Positions 30,501 to 39,618 of a stretch of DNA of 64,000 nt are shown one piece after another. The translations under genes were made by a program, and so were the position numbers. The DNA is taken from positions 896,001 to 960,000 of the forward strand of contig CAWDSK010000006.1 of assembly GCA_963804995.1 (NCBI GenBank), given 5' to 3'. Every line of letters begins with the position of its first letter. Position 1 is the stretch's first letter. The notes beneath the pieces are model-generated. The model made no database searches. It saw only the letters and a list, made by a program, of their open reading frames with translations, and was not told the origin of the DNA. This stretch comes from an uncultured Acidobacteriota bacterium. GTDB taxonomy: Bacteria > Acidobacteriota > Terriglobia > UBA7540.

Positions 30501-30653
30501 GTGCCAGGTGAAAAGATGAATCGAATGCCGACTCCGAAAATCGCCAATTACCAATCGCCATTCGCAATTGAGCCGATCTCCCGATCGCCAAGTCCAATCC
30601 CCCTCTCGGCTTTGCTTGGCCAGTTCAGGATGCTACGAGGAGGAAGGATGATT

Positions 30654-31142
30654 TCAGCTTGCGGCTGGGGCGGGTGGAGACTGTCGCTTTTTGCGATACC
30701 AGGCGATCGCAGTGTCGAGGGAGAACCATCCGGGGCCGAAGAACAGGACAATGAACGAGGCAAACAGGAAAGTATATGGAGCCGCTGCATAGAACTTGTC
30801 CGGGTCGGAGATAATAGATCCCAGGGCTTCGCGATCCCCCACAAAGAACGCCACAATCATGTCAATCGTGAGTGGGAAAGCGATGAGCCGGGAGCCCAAC
30901 CCCAGGATCAGCAGGATGCCGCCGACCGCTTCCAGCCAGGCGATGAAATGAGCGTTCAGCGCCGGGGCGGGAACCCCCAGGCTCGTGAAGTAATCGACGA
31001 CTTTGGGGATATTCGACAGCTTTCCCGAACCGCTTTGCCAATATTGCCAGCCCCAATACAGCCGTACGGCGAGCAAGAAAACCGCTTGGCAGGAATTTGC
31101 CCCGCGCAGAAACCACTGATAGACCTGATCGATGAGCTTCAT
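30654..31142 (-). CDS. DoxX-family membrane protein (BufD-like)
   Basis: LAVRLYWG..YWQSG.GK, EAVGGILLILGLGSR, FGPGWFSLD. Confidence 0.9.
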   Translation of the reverse strand: MKLIDQVYQWFLRGANSCQAVFLLAVRLYWGWQYWQSGSGKLSNIPKVVDYFTSLGVPAPALNAHFIAWLEAVGGILLILGLGSRLIAFPLTIDMIVAFFVGDREALGSIISDPDKFYAAAPYTFLFASFIVLFFGPGWFSLDTAIAWYRKKRQSPPAPAAS

Positions 31143-31167
31143 CTTGGAACCTATGGCTTCGCAGCGG

Positions 31168-32047
31168 TTACGCTTGCCGGGCGAACCATCCGAGTGACGC
31201 CCAGTCCTCAAACCACTCGCGCAGTTGCTCGCGGTAAGAATCGAGGCTACGCCGCGTCTGCCGCCAGGGGACCTCAAGGGCTGCGGCGAGCGGCATGCCG
31301 TCGCCCAACGCCCGAAGCAGCGTGAAGGAAGGGCGCGTCAGGCGTTTGAAATAAACGGAACCATGCAAACGATAGACAGCAAGATACACTTTCCGGGGTT
31401 TGGGCAAAGAGACTCGCCGGGTTCGGGACTTCCGGGGAAACTCCAGCACCGCGTTGCTCACCATATGACTATCCGGTTCAGTCTGGCGGGTTCGGAAAAG
31501 CAGGTCATCCACCGGGTAGGACAGGTCCAACAGGTGCAGGTGGGGTTGCAGGCGGAACACCGTCTCGCCGCCCAATTTAGTGAGGTCGTCACGGTGGAAG
31601 CGGGGCAATTCCGGGCCATCAAAGGCGTCGATGTCAGCCCACTCCAGGCGCACCATATCGATGGCGAGCCGTTCCACCCCCGGAGCGAACTCGCGGTGGG
31701 CGCGCAGCCACGCTTCCAGCCGGGCGCCCAGGTTCCTCAAGGTAAAGGTTTCCGAGGGGCAATCATTCAGGTAGGCGGCAAGCAGCTTATCGAATTTCCG
31801 CTGCCCCAGGACAGCGCGCAGCCCCGGAAAATCCTCGGCCATACTGGCCAGGATTCTGAACCAATACTGCTGGCTGTAAATCTGCAAGCGCTCGAACCGA
31901 AGTCATCCGGGCGTTGGGTTTGATGAGGGCGTTGGCGATGTCGCGCGTCGACCGTCCGTCCGGAAGGCGCGGACGCATTTTTTCCGAAGGGGTGAGCGGC
32001 TGGCGAGTTACCTCAAAGACAGCCCGCTGAAGCTGCTCGAGGTTCAC
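31168..32047 (-). CDS. DUF2063 (BufC/HvfC-like) MNIO partner protein; frameshift near 31897
   Basis: N-terminal LEQLQ...; RL.IY..QYW.R....AEDFP, DMVRLEWA; removing one base restores SFERLQIY; GTGA overlap with DUF692. Confidence 0.8.
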
Positions 32048-32892
32048 GAGGCCTCCCGCAATTGTCCCGGGAAGTAGCGCTTGGCCTTCAAGGCTTCGCG
32101 GTGGACTTCCTGGAAAGAGGGAATACGATCATCCCACTCAAGCAACGTCGCCGTGGGGCCCGCCAATTCAAGGGCGCGCGCGTAGAGCGCCCAGACCGGA
32201 TCGATGACGGGATGGTCATGCGTATCGAGGATGAGTTTCTGGTACTTGGTATGCCCCGCAATATGGATTTGCGCCACGCGCTCGGCGGGAACGCTGTTGA
32301 GATATTCAAAGGGATCAAAATCGTGGTTCCGCGACGAAACGTAAATGTTGTTGACGTCCAGCAGGATTCCACAATCGGCGTCTTCCACCACTTCGTTCAG
32401 GAACTCCCATTCCGTCATCTCGGAAACGTGAAACTCCGCATAGCTACTCACGTTTTCAACCGCCATGGGAACTTCCAGGAAGTCACGTGCCTCGCGAATT
32501 TTCTGCGCGGTCCGCTTGGCAGCCTCAAAGGTGTAAGGCATGGGCATCAAGTCGTGCGTGTAACGCCCGTCCACACTTCCCCAGCAAAGATGGTCGGTCA
32601 GCCAGGGAGTCTTGGTGCGCTTCACCAGGGATTTGAGTCGTTTCAAGTGCTCGCGGTTCAAAGGCTCGGCAGAACCGAAATACATCGAGACGCCATGCTG
32701 GACTACCCGGTACCGCTCCAGAATCTGGTCGAGGACCTCCAGGGGGCGCCCCCCGTCCACCATGAAGTTCTCGGAAATGATCTCAAACCAATCGACCACC
32801 GGTTTCTTCTTGAAGATGTGCTGGTAATGGGGGACGCGCAGGCCGATGCCTACGCCATAGTCCGTGTTTCCGTTGAAACGATTCGCCGGCAT
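32044..32892 (-). CDS. DUF692 multinuclear non-heme iron oxidase (MNIO, BufB-like)
   Basis: GIGLR.PH, FEIISENF, HGVS, DHLCW, ENVSSY, LLDVNNIYV, QIHIAGH, DTHD, LEWD. Confidence 0.95.
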   Translation of the reverse strand: MPANRFNGNTDYGVGIGLRVPHYQHIFKKKPVVDWFEIISENFMVDGGRPLEVLDQILERYRVVQHGVSMYFGSAEPLNREHLKRLKSLVKRTKTPWLTDHLCWGSVDGRYTHDLMPMPYTFEAAKRTAQKIREARDFLEVPMAVENVSSYAEFHVSEMTEWEFLNEVVEDADCGILLDVNNIYVSSRNHDFDPFEYLNSVPAERVAQIHIAGHTKYQKLILDTHDHPVIDPVWALYARALELAGPTATLLEWDDRIPSFQEVHREALKAKRYFPGQLREAS

Positions 32893-32976
32893 GGAGGTCT
32901 TCCGCTGAGCGTTAAGCAAATGAGAGGACGGTGGGCCGGCGATTGCACCGCCAGCCCACGCGCCGAGAGTTCGCTT

Positions 32977-33255
32977 TTAACTAGCTGCTTTAGTATCTGT
33001 GCAGGGTTTGCCCTTACAACTGGTCTTTGTACTGCACCCACCCTGGCCGGAGCAGGCGTTCTTTCCCTTGTTGGCTCCGCAACCACCTTGACCCTTACAA
33101 GAGTTCTTTCCGGCACAACAGTGTTTCGCTGCCTTGGTGGACGATTTGGTGGTGTCATCGCCGGGTCTGGGCGCCGCGGTGGCGGAAACCGTCGTGCCCA
33201 CTACAAATCCCGTCAGAGCTGCACCGAGCAGAAGTTTTCGAGTTGTCTTGGTCAT
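32977..33255 (-). CDS. Secreted Cys-rich RiPP precursor (bufferin BufA2-like)
   Basis: Signal peptide; 8 Cys; GKNSCKGQGGC and GKNACSGQGGC repeats; RBS GAGGAGG; directly upstream of DUF692. Confidence 0.85.
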   Translation of the reverse strand: MTKTTRKLLLGAALTGFVVGTTVSATAAPRPGDDTTKSSTKAAKHCCAGKNSCKGQGGCGANKGKNACSGQGGCSTKTSCKGKPCTDTKAAS

Positions 33256-33401
33256 GTGTAAATCCTCCTCGTTTGACGATTGTCCACGCCTGACGAAAGC
33301 GGTGCGACCAGTGGCAGAGACTAAACAAGCGTTAACTGCGCGCTTTCGCCAGCCGCGGTGAAACCACTCGCAATGACCTTAATTTGAACTAGCCCATGGA
33401 G

Positions 33402-33431
33402 ATACTAATTCGAGTGCGGACATTTTGTCAA
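33402..33431 (-). promoter_or_regulatory. Candidate sigma70 promoter of the MNIO operon
   Basis: TTGACA-N18-TAGTAT on the minus strand. Confidence 0.4.
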
Positions 33432-33521
33432 TGGCGTTGAGCAGGTGGTAGTGGGTCCATTTGTAGAGGCGGCGGCATTCATCCCGATCTGATCGGGACG
33501 CCGCTATTTAGTTCCCGTCTC

Positions 33522-33594
33522 GTAGCGGCGGGTTTACCCCGCCATTTTCGAGGCAGCATTACGTCGCCTCATGGCGAGGTAAACTCGCCGCTAC
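33522..33594. repeat. GTAG-type REP doublet (REPIN-like)
   Basis: GTAGCGGCGGGTTTACCCCGCC...GGCGAGGTAAACTCGCCGCTAC. Confidence 0.8.
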
Positions 33595-33729
33595 ATTTGG
33601 GTGGCGCGGTAAACTCGAGTCTGTCCAAATTAGTCTTTTCGCATACACTGAATTGGACAAACAGAGTGGGGAACAGTAATTTTCGGGCCTCCCCGAAGGG
33701 GGGACAAAAAATCTAGCCTTGATGAACGC

Positions 33730-33758
33730 TTGACTTGCCCCTAGGACGAAAGTACTAT
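33730..33758 (+). promoter_or_regulatory. Candidate sigma70 promoter of the S53 protease gene
   Basis: TTGACT-N17-TACTAT. Confidence 0.5.
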
Positions 33759-33908
33759 TGCCTCAGCATTCGGCCAATTCTATACTTGTACGAGTTGTCG
33801 GAGAGGGCAGTTTCTCGTACTTAACCGCATTCCGGAAATCGAGGAAATTTTTAGCCCACCATTCTCAAGGGAAGTTTTCAGGTTCTCAAGGGCTACGGGG
33901 GCGAGCTT

Positions 33909-36497
33909 ATGAATCTACTATGGAAAAGAATTGAAGGGGTGGGGCGAGGACTGTTTGTGGTGCTGTGTTCGGCCATGCTCTTCTTCGCCATGGAAACGAC
34001 GGCGCAGGCGCAGTCCGCGCTGACGCGTCATACACGTAAAGCAGTAACCAGCGGGCAAGCGAAATTCTTCCACCGGCTGCCGGGAACGCAGACCTTGCGC
34101 ATCGACATTGTTCTGGCCTTGCGCGACGAAGCTGGGTTGGAGAAGTTCCTGCAAGAGGTCTACGATCCTGCCAGCCCCTATTTCCGCCACTTCCTCACGG
34201 TGCCGGAGTTCACGGCGCGGTTTGGTCCCAGCCAGGAAGATTATGAAACCGTGGTGGGTTACGCTCAATCCCACGGCCTGAAGGTGGTGGGGGGCTCCCG
34301 CGATGCCATGGACGTGCAACTGGAGGGCTCGGTGACATCCATCGAGAGTGCCTTCAATGTGAGCATGGGTGTCTACCAGCATCCCACGGAAGACCGTCAA
34401 TTCTATGCTCCGGACCGCGAGCCCTCGGTGTACCTGCCCTTCCCGGTGTGGCATATCTCCGGTTTGGATAACTATTCCATCCCGCATCCCGCCAGCTTGC
34501 ATAAGCGGCCTGCGGGGACGCCCATTGCCACGACGGGCTCCGGCCCTGGGTACTCCTTTTTAGGCAGTGACATGCGGGCGGCCTACTACGGGACAGGGTC
34601 TCTCACCGGAGCCGGCCAGAGCGTCGGATTGCTCGAATATGCCGGCACGGATCTGGCCGACGTGAACACCTACTACGGCAACATTGGCCAAACCAACACT
34701 GTGCCGATAACCCTGCTCTCAACCGATGGGACCAGCACCAGTTGTGTGGCTCCCGGTTGCGACGACACCGAACAGACGCTCGACATAACCCAGGCGCTCG
34801 GAATGGCTCCGGGACTTTCAAGTCTGGTGGTGTACATCGGGTCCAGCGATACCGCAATCATCAGCACCATGACCACGCACAACCCGCTGCCCACCAGCAT
34901 TGGCTGCTCGTGGGGGTGGACGCCGGTGGACCCCAGCACGCTTGACCCCTACTTCCAGAAGATGGCGGCTCAAGGCCAGACCTTCTTTGCCGCGTCTGGA
35001 GACAATGGCAACTGGGCGACGGCTAAATACGTGTGGCCGGCGGACGATGCGTATGTGGTTTCCGTCGGCGGCACGCAATTGTTCACCACCGGCGCGGGTG
35101 GCGGCTGGAGTTCGGAAACCGCCTGGGCAGATAGCGGCGGCGGCATCACCCGGAACGGAATCCCCATCCCCTCGTGGCAGCAGCTCTCCGGCGTGATCAA
35201 CTCGAGCAACCAGGGTTCGAAAACCCTTCGCAACGGCCCCGACGTATCGGCAAACGCGTATTGGTCCTTCTACGTCTGCTCCAACCAAACCACCTGCACG
35301 TCCAACAATTGGGGCGGCACCAGTTTTGCCGCGCCCATGTGGGCCGGCTACCTGGCGCTCGCCAATCAACAGGCGGTTGCCGGCGGCAGCTCGACGCTGG
35401 GCTCCATTAACTCGATCATCTATCCACTGGGGCTGGGGTCAGGGTATAGCGCTGACTTCCACGACATCACCAGCGGCAGTAACGGACTTCCGGCCGTAGC
35501 CGGCTACGATTTGGTCACGGGCTGGGGCAGTCCCAACGCGGGCTTGATCAGCGCACTGGTCACGGCAGGGACGGCGCCCACCTTCAGCCTTTCTGCCTCG
35601 CCCACCTCGGTCTCAGTGGCACAGGGTAACGCGGGAAATTCCACGATTACTTCCACCGTCGTGAACGGCTTTAACTCGGCGGTGGCCTTGAGTGCGAGTG
35701 GCCAGCCGGGAACCGTGACCGTGGGCTTCAATCCCACGTCCATCACGGGCACTGGCACCTCAATCATGACCATGACCGTGGGTTCGACCACAGCGGTCGG
35801 CACCTACACCATCACCGTTTCCGGCACCGGCAACGGCATTACGCAGACGACTACGGTTAAACTGACGGTGACCGGCCTGCCGCCTGACTTCACCATCGGT
35901 GCGTCGCCCAGTTCGGTCTCCGTGATGCAGGGCAAGAGTGGCCCTTCGACGATCACCACCGCTGCCTTGAACGGTTTTAGCTCGTCGATTGCTTTGTCCG
36001 CATCGGGTCTGCCGAAAGGCGTGACCGCCGGCTTCAGTCCCACGTCCATCCCCGCGCCGGGCTCCGGCACCTCAACCCTGACCTTGACAGTGTCCGCGAC
36101 CGCTGCTACCGGTACTCACACCATCACCATCACCGGCAAGGGCGGAGGCATTACGCACACGACCACGGTCAGTCTGACGGTGACCGCTGCACCGGTTGCT
36201 GACTTCACCATCAGTGCGAATCCGACGTTGGTCTCCGTGGCACGAGGCAGCAGTGGCACTTCGACTATCTCAACCGGTGTCATCAACGGCTTTAGCTCGT
36301 CGATCTCCTTGTCTGCGTCTGGCCTGCCGAAAGGCGTGAGCGCGAGCTTCACTCCCTCCTCCGTCGCCGCGGGCGCTTCATCGACTCTTAAGCTCACGGT
36401 GACCTCGCGTGCCAGCGCCGGGACCAAAACCATCACCATAACGGGCTCGGGGGGAGGCAAAACGCATACGACCACAATCTCTCTCACGGTCACGTAG
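33909..36497 (+). CDS. Secreted S53 (sedolisin/kumamolisin-like) peptidase with pro-domain and three Thr/Ser-rich Ig-like repeats
   Basis: Pro-kumamolisin-like region (FLTVPEFTARFGPS); EQTLD, AASGD, SVGGT, PDVS, GGTSFAAP, YDLVTGWGSP; 3x (D)FTISA.P.SVSV..G...GF.S.I.LSASG.P repeats. Confidence 0.9.
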   Translation: MNLLWKRIEGVGRGLFVVLCSAMLFFAMETTAQAQSALTRHTRKAVTSGQAKFFHRLPGTQTLRIDIVLALRDEAGLEKFLQEVYDPASPYFRHFLTVPEFTARFGPSQEDYETVVGYAQSHGLKVVGGSRDAMDVQLEGSVTSIESAFNVSMGVYQHPTEDRQFYAPDREPSVYLPFPVWHISGLDNYSIPHPASLHKRPAGTPIATTGSGPGYSFLGSDMRAAYYGTGSLTGAGQSVGLLEYAGTDLADVNTYYGNIGQTNTVPITLLSTDGTSTSCVAPGCDDTEQTLDITQALGMAPGLSSLVVYIGSSDTAIISTMTTHNPLPTSIGCSWGWTPVDPSTLDPYFQKMAAQGQTFFAASGDNGNWATAKYVWPADDAYVVSVGGTQLFTTGAGGGWSSETAWADSGGGITRNGIPIPSWQQLSGVINSSNQGSKTLRNGPDVSANAYWSFYVCSNQTTCTSNNWGGTSFAAPMWAGYLALANQQAVAGGSSTLGSINSIIYPLGLGSGYSADFHDITSGSNGLPAVAGYDLVTGWGSPNAGLISALVTAGTAPTFSLSASPTSVSVAQGNAGNSTITSTVVNGFNSAVALSASGQPGTVTVGFNPTSITGTGTSIMTMTVGSTTAVGTYTITVSGTGNGITQTTTVKLTVTGLPPDFTIGASPSSVSVMQGKSGPSTITTAALNGFSSSIALSASGLPKGVTAGFSPTSIPAPGSGTSTLTLTVSATAATGTHTITITGKGGGITHTTTVSLTVTAAPVADFTISANPTLVSVARGSSGTSTISTGVINGFSSSISLSASGLPKGVSASFTPSSVAAGASSTLKLTVTSRASAGTKTITITGSGGGKTHTTTISLTVT

Positions 36498-36554
36498 TGA
36501 TGATTTTGAAAGTGAGATAATTCGGTACTCAGTGCGGTAGATTTGGGTATTGAT

Positions 36555-36589
36555 TGGCCCGGATCAGTTGGTCCGGGCCATTCTTTTTT
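36555..36589 (+). terminator. Intrinsic terminator
   Basis: TGGCCCGGA-loop-TCCGGGCCA followed by TTCTTTTTT. Confidence 0.7.
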
Positions 36590-36852
36590 GCCGGGCGGGT
36601 TCGACCGCTTGCCGTGAAGGTCCTCAACGCAACCCAGCTTCAGGGTAGTGGTGCAGTTTGGTTGTAAGCGTCCGGGGGCTGGCGCCCCGACGAGTCGGGG
36701 CGATTCACGCATCTGCTCATGCTCCCCAAATTCTCGATTCATCGACGCCGCTTCGAGCCTGGACCTAATCACAGGATTGAGCTCGCCCTGCGCCAGCCGG
36801 CCGGGGATCGGTCGATGGGGGCTCCACACCGGGCGAGGCAAACTCCTGTTTC

Positions 36853-36925
36853 GTAGCGGCGGGTTTACCCCGCCGTTTTCAAGACGGCATTACGCCGCCA
36901 TAGGGCGGGGTAAACTCGCCACCAC
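36853..36925. repeat. GTAG-type REP doublet, same family as 33522-33594
   Basis: GTAGCGGCGGGTTTACCCCGCC...GGCGGGGTAAACTCGCCACCAC. Confidence 0.8.
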
Positions 36926-36969
36926 AACTTCGATCCTGAAATTTGAAATCAGGACAGCCCCGGCGAAGA

Positions 36970-38367
36970 TCACCGGTTATCGCCTGGCCTGGCACAGCGG
37001 AAGCCAAAGAAGTCGGACCGGGCATCAGGTTTGTAGAAGTAGCGGTCCGAAGCCCGCAGGAGCTTGGGGTCGTCAATCCACGACCCACCGCGCAAAACCC
37101 GCGCCTGACCACTGGCTGGCCCCGGCGGGTCTGCGGACGGGCTTTTCTGATAATAGTCCTGGCCGTACCAGTCGTTCACCCACTCCCACACATTTCCAAG
37201 GGTATCGAATAAACCAAACCCGTTAGGGCGCTTCCCGGCCACGCTATGTGTATGGTTTGTGCTGTTGGTTTTATTCCAGGCGATGTCATTTAGGTCGCCA
37301 TAGCGGGCCGCTGCACTCCCTCCCCGCGTCACATATTCATATTCCGCCTCGGTGGGCAGGCGTCCTCCAACCCAGGTACAGTAATCCTGCGCCTCATCCC
37401 AGGTCACGTCCACCATGGGCAGGCTATCATCCTTCCAGTCCCTATATCGCTTGGGAGATTCGGGCGGCATTTTCCGTTTTCCAGTCGCCACAAAACGTTT
37501 GTAGGCCCCCACGGGAACCTCACTCTGCCCAATCCACATGGATTTGCTGAGAGTAACCTGATGTGCAGGCTTCTCCGGGTCAGCGCAATCGTTATCTCCT
37601 GGCGAGCAACCCATCATGAAAGCCCCGGACGGTAACCAGACATACGGGAGTCCATCTGTGGGGTTTACCTGCAGGCTGTCGCGGAGCTTTATTTCGAGCT
37701 GCGACTCCGTTCCAGCAGTGACCACGACTGTTTGGAGCTCATCCACCTTGCCACGGGCTGAGACGCGCAAATCATGCGTCCCCGGGGGAACATCCGTAAA
37801 AACATAACCCCCGCTCGCATCGGCCGTTCCCGGGCGCGTATTGTCCAGTGACATGTTAGCTCCCGCCAGGGTTAACACCCGGACGGATTCCGGTGCGTCT
37901 ACAAGTGCTGCCCGGAACTTGTTGACTTGCCCTCCGGTAATGGTGATTATCTGCTCGAAGTCTTTTTTGCCGTCCAGCTCTACGGTCAGGGCGTGGGAGC
38001 CAGGTGTTACGCTCAGCGTGAGTTGGCCATGGGCATCGGCCTGGCCCTGAAGGACTCCATCCAGGTGGATGGTTGCCCCCGGCGAGGTTTCCACCACCAA
38101 CTGCGTCTTCACTGCGGCACTTGCCTCCTGGACGGCCGCGATCAGGGCTTTGTTGGCGCCAGCCTTTGCCAACGCCCGAAGATAGTTATCGTCTGCTTGA
38201 AAATCTATGCCGCGCTCCTTTACAAGTTCCGCCGCCCTCTGATTGGGAACGCCACCGGATATCAGTTCCAGCAACTGCTGTTTGGAGAGGGGCTTCTCAG
38301 CTTGGGGTGAGACGGCAGGCTGCCCCATGGCCGCAGCAAACAGAAGTAAGAGTAGAATGAATCTCAT
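36970..38367 (-). CDS. Secreted PEGA-like + FGE-sulfatase (SUMF1) domain protein
   Basis: FMMG, E.PAHQV, RLPTEAEYEY, PNGFGLFD.LGNVWEW, RGGSW, GFRC; the FGE catalytic Cys pair is absent. Confidence 0.85.
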   Translation of the reverse strand: MRFILLLLLFAAAMGQPAVSPQAEKPLSKQQLLELISGGVPNQRAAELVKERGIDFQADDNYLRALAKAGANKALIAAVQEASAAVKTQLVVETSPGATIHLDGVLQGQADAHGQLTLSVTPGSHALTVELDGKKDFEQIITITGGQVNKFRAALVDAPESVRVLTLAGANMSLDNTRPGTADASGGYVFTDVPPGTHDLRVSARGKVDELQTVVVTAGTESQLEIKLRDSLQVNPTDGLPYVWLPSGAFMMGCSPGDNDCADPEKPAHQVTLSKSMWIGQSEVPVGAYKRFVATGKRKMPPESPKRYRDWKDDSLPMVDVTWDEAQDYCTWVGGRLPTEAEYEYVTRGGSAAARYGDLNDIAWNKTNSTNHTHSVAGKRPNGFGLFDTLGNVWEWVNDWYGQDYYQKSPSADPPGPASGQARVLRGGSWIDDPKLLRASDRYFYKPDARSDFFGFRCARPGDNR

Positions 38368-38576
38368 TTTCCACCTGCCAGAGGGAAACCAACCGGACTG
38401 TCCTCTGAATGATAAGTTGCTTTTACCTGAAGGCTATACACCCTCCCAAAGAACAAGGCAAGGAAGAAATGCGCAGAATGGGAGCTGGCAAAAAACAAAG
38501 TCCGGCGATCGAGAAGGACAGGCGCGAGCCCCGGATGTGACGCAGCGGCAGGTTATAGGGTAGAATTCAGAACGCC

Positions 38577-38852
38577 ATGGACCCCGGCGATGAACCCGTG
38601 CGCATCCCCATTACCGACGTTTTCGACCTCCACACCGTGCAGCCGAAGGAGGTCCGCGAAGTTGTTGAAGCCTATCTTGAGGAAGCTAATCGCCTGGGAT
38701 TGAAAGCGCTACGCATCATTCATGGCCGGGGCATAGGCGTGCAGCGAGAGATCGTGCGTGCTGTTTTGGCCCGCACGCCGTTCGTTCACTCCTACCGGGA
38801 TGCGCCTCCCGCAGCCGGCGGCGGGGGAGCCACACTCGTGACCTTGCGTTAG
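38577..38852 (+). CDS. Stand-alone Smr domain protein
   Basis: DLH, RIIHGRG.G, GGGGAT.V.L. Confidence 0.85.
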   Translation: MDPGDEPVRIPITDVFDLHTVQPKEVREVVEAYLEEANRLGLKALRIIHGRGIGVQREIVRAVLARTPFVHSYRDAPPAAGGGGATLVTLR

Positions 38853-38986
38853 CGTCTTCCCTCTGCTTTGGAATCACTCAAGTTCTGGATTTCGAAGTCG
38901 CTGGTCGAGGCCGAAGCAAGGCCGTCCAACGGCATGGGTTGCGGCCTGACATCGACCGTGTGTTGGTCACGCGATTCCGAACAGAA

Positions 38987-39445
38987 TTATTTGGAGGGTA
39001 ACGGTTCAAGCACGCGCACCGGGGAGATTTCCAGTTGGTCACCAACCTTCGTCTCGGTGCGGAAGACCGTTTGGGTAGGAAGTTCCAAAACACTCTGGGC
39101 TTTGAGACGCACCTTGGATATTCGAAAAGGGCCCACGTGTTCTTCAACGTCCACCACCACGTGCTGGCGGTCGAGGAAAATCAGATCCAAGGCGTACAAC
39201 ATGCCGATCGTGTGGATTCCGTGCGAGGGCACGATCCACAAACCCTTGCCAGGCTGGGCCCATTGCCGGGTGGTGCCTAGCAAGCCGACGAGCCGGCTGA
39301 AGTAGCCGTCCGCCACTTGGGCCTGCGTTGCGACAAACGTCTCCCGAGTCTTGTTATAGACGTAGACGTACTTCCCACCCTTCAGGTCCGACACGTGCAC
39401 GGATCCCGCCTCACTCGTCAACGTCTCCGGCTGGCTACCCACCAA
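38987..39445 (-). CDS. DUF192 family protein
   Basis: ADGYFSRLVGLLG, GLWIVP..GIHT.GM...LD..FLD, VLELP; start uncertain. Confidence 0.8.
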   Translation of the reverse strand: MVGSQPETLTSEAGSVHVSDLKGGKYVYVYNKTRETFVATQAQVADGYFSRLVGLLGTTRQWAQPGKGLWIVPSHGIHTIGMLYALDLIFLDRQHVVVDVEEHVGPFRISKVRLKAQSVLELPTQTVFRTETKVGDQLEISPVRVLEPLPSK

Positions 39446-39450
39446 CGGCC

Positions 39451-39546
39451 CTACTTCGATGCCTTCTGCTTCCGGCGCCAGATGATGATAAATAGGACGA
39501 TGATCGCTGCTACCCCCGCGATGATCCGAATTGTAGTGGTATCCAT
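39451..39546 (-). CDS. 31-aa single-TM small protein (absent from the ORF track)
   Basis: MDTTTIRIIAGVAAIIVLFIIIWRRKQKASK with RBS AGAGGAG; co-directional with tad genes. Confidence 0.6.
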   Translation of the reverse strand: MDTTTIRIIAGVAAIIVLFIIIWRRKQKASK

Positions 39547-39618
39547 TAGTAGTCTCCTCTCTTCATGCCCGCAGGAATTCTTGCCAGAATGACCTTGGCC
39601 CTATCGAACGCGCCCAGA

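Noticed and set aside
29792..30511. 239-aa ORF with internal repeats
   Set aside because: Read-through of palindromic DNA repeats
32062..33261. 399-aa plus-strand ORF
   Set aside because: Antisense to DUF692 and the precursor
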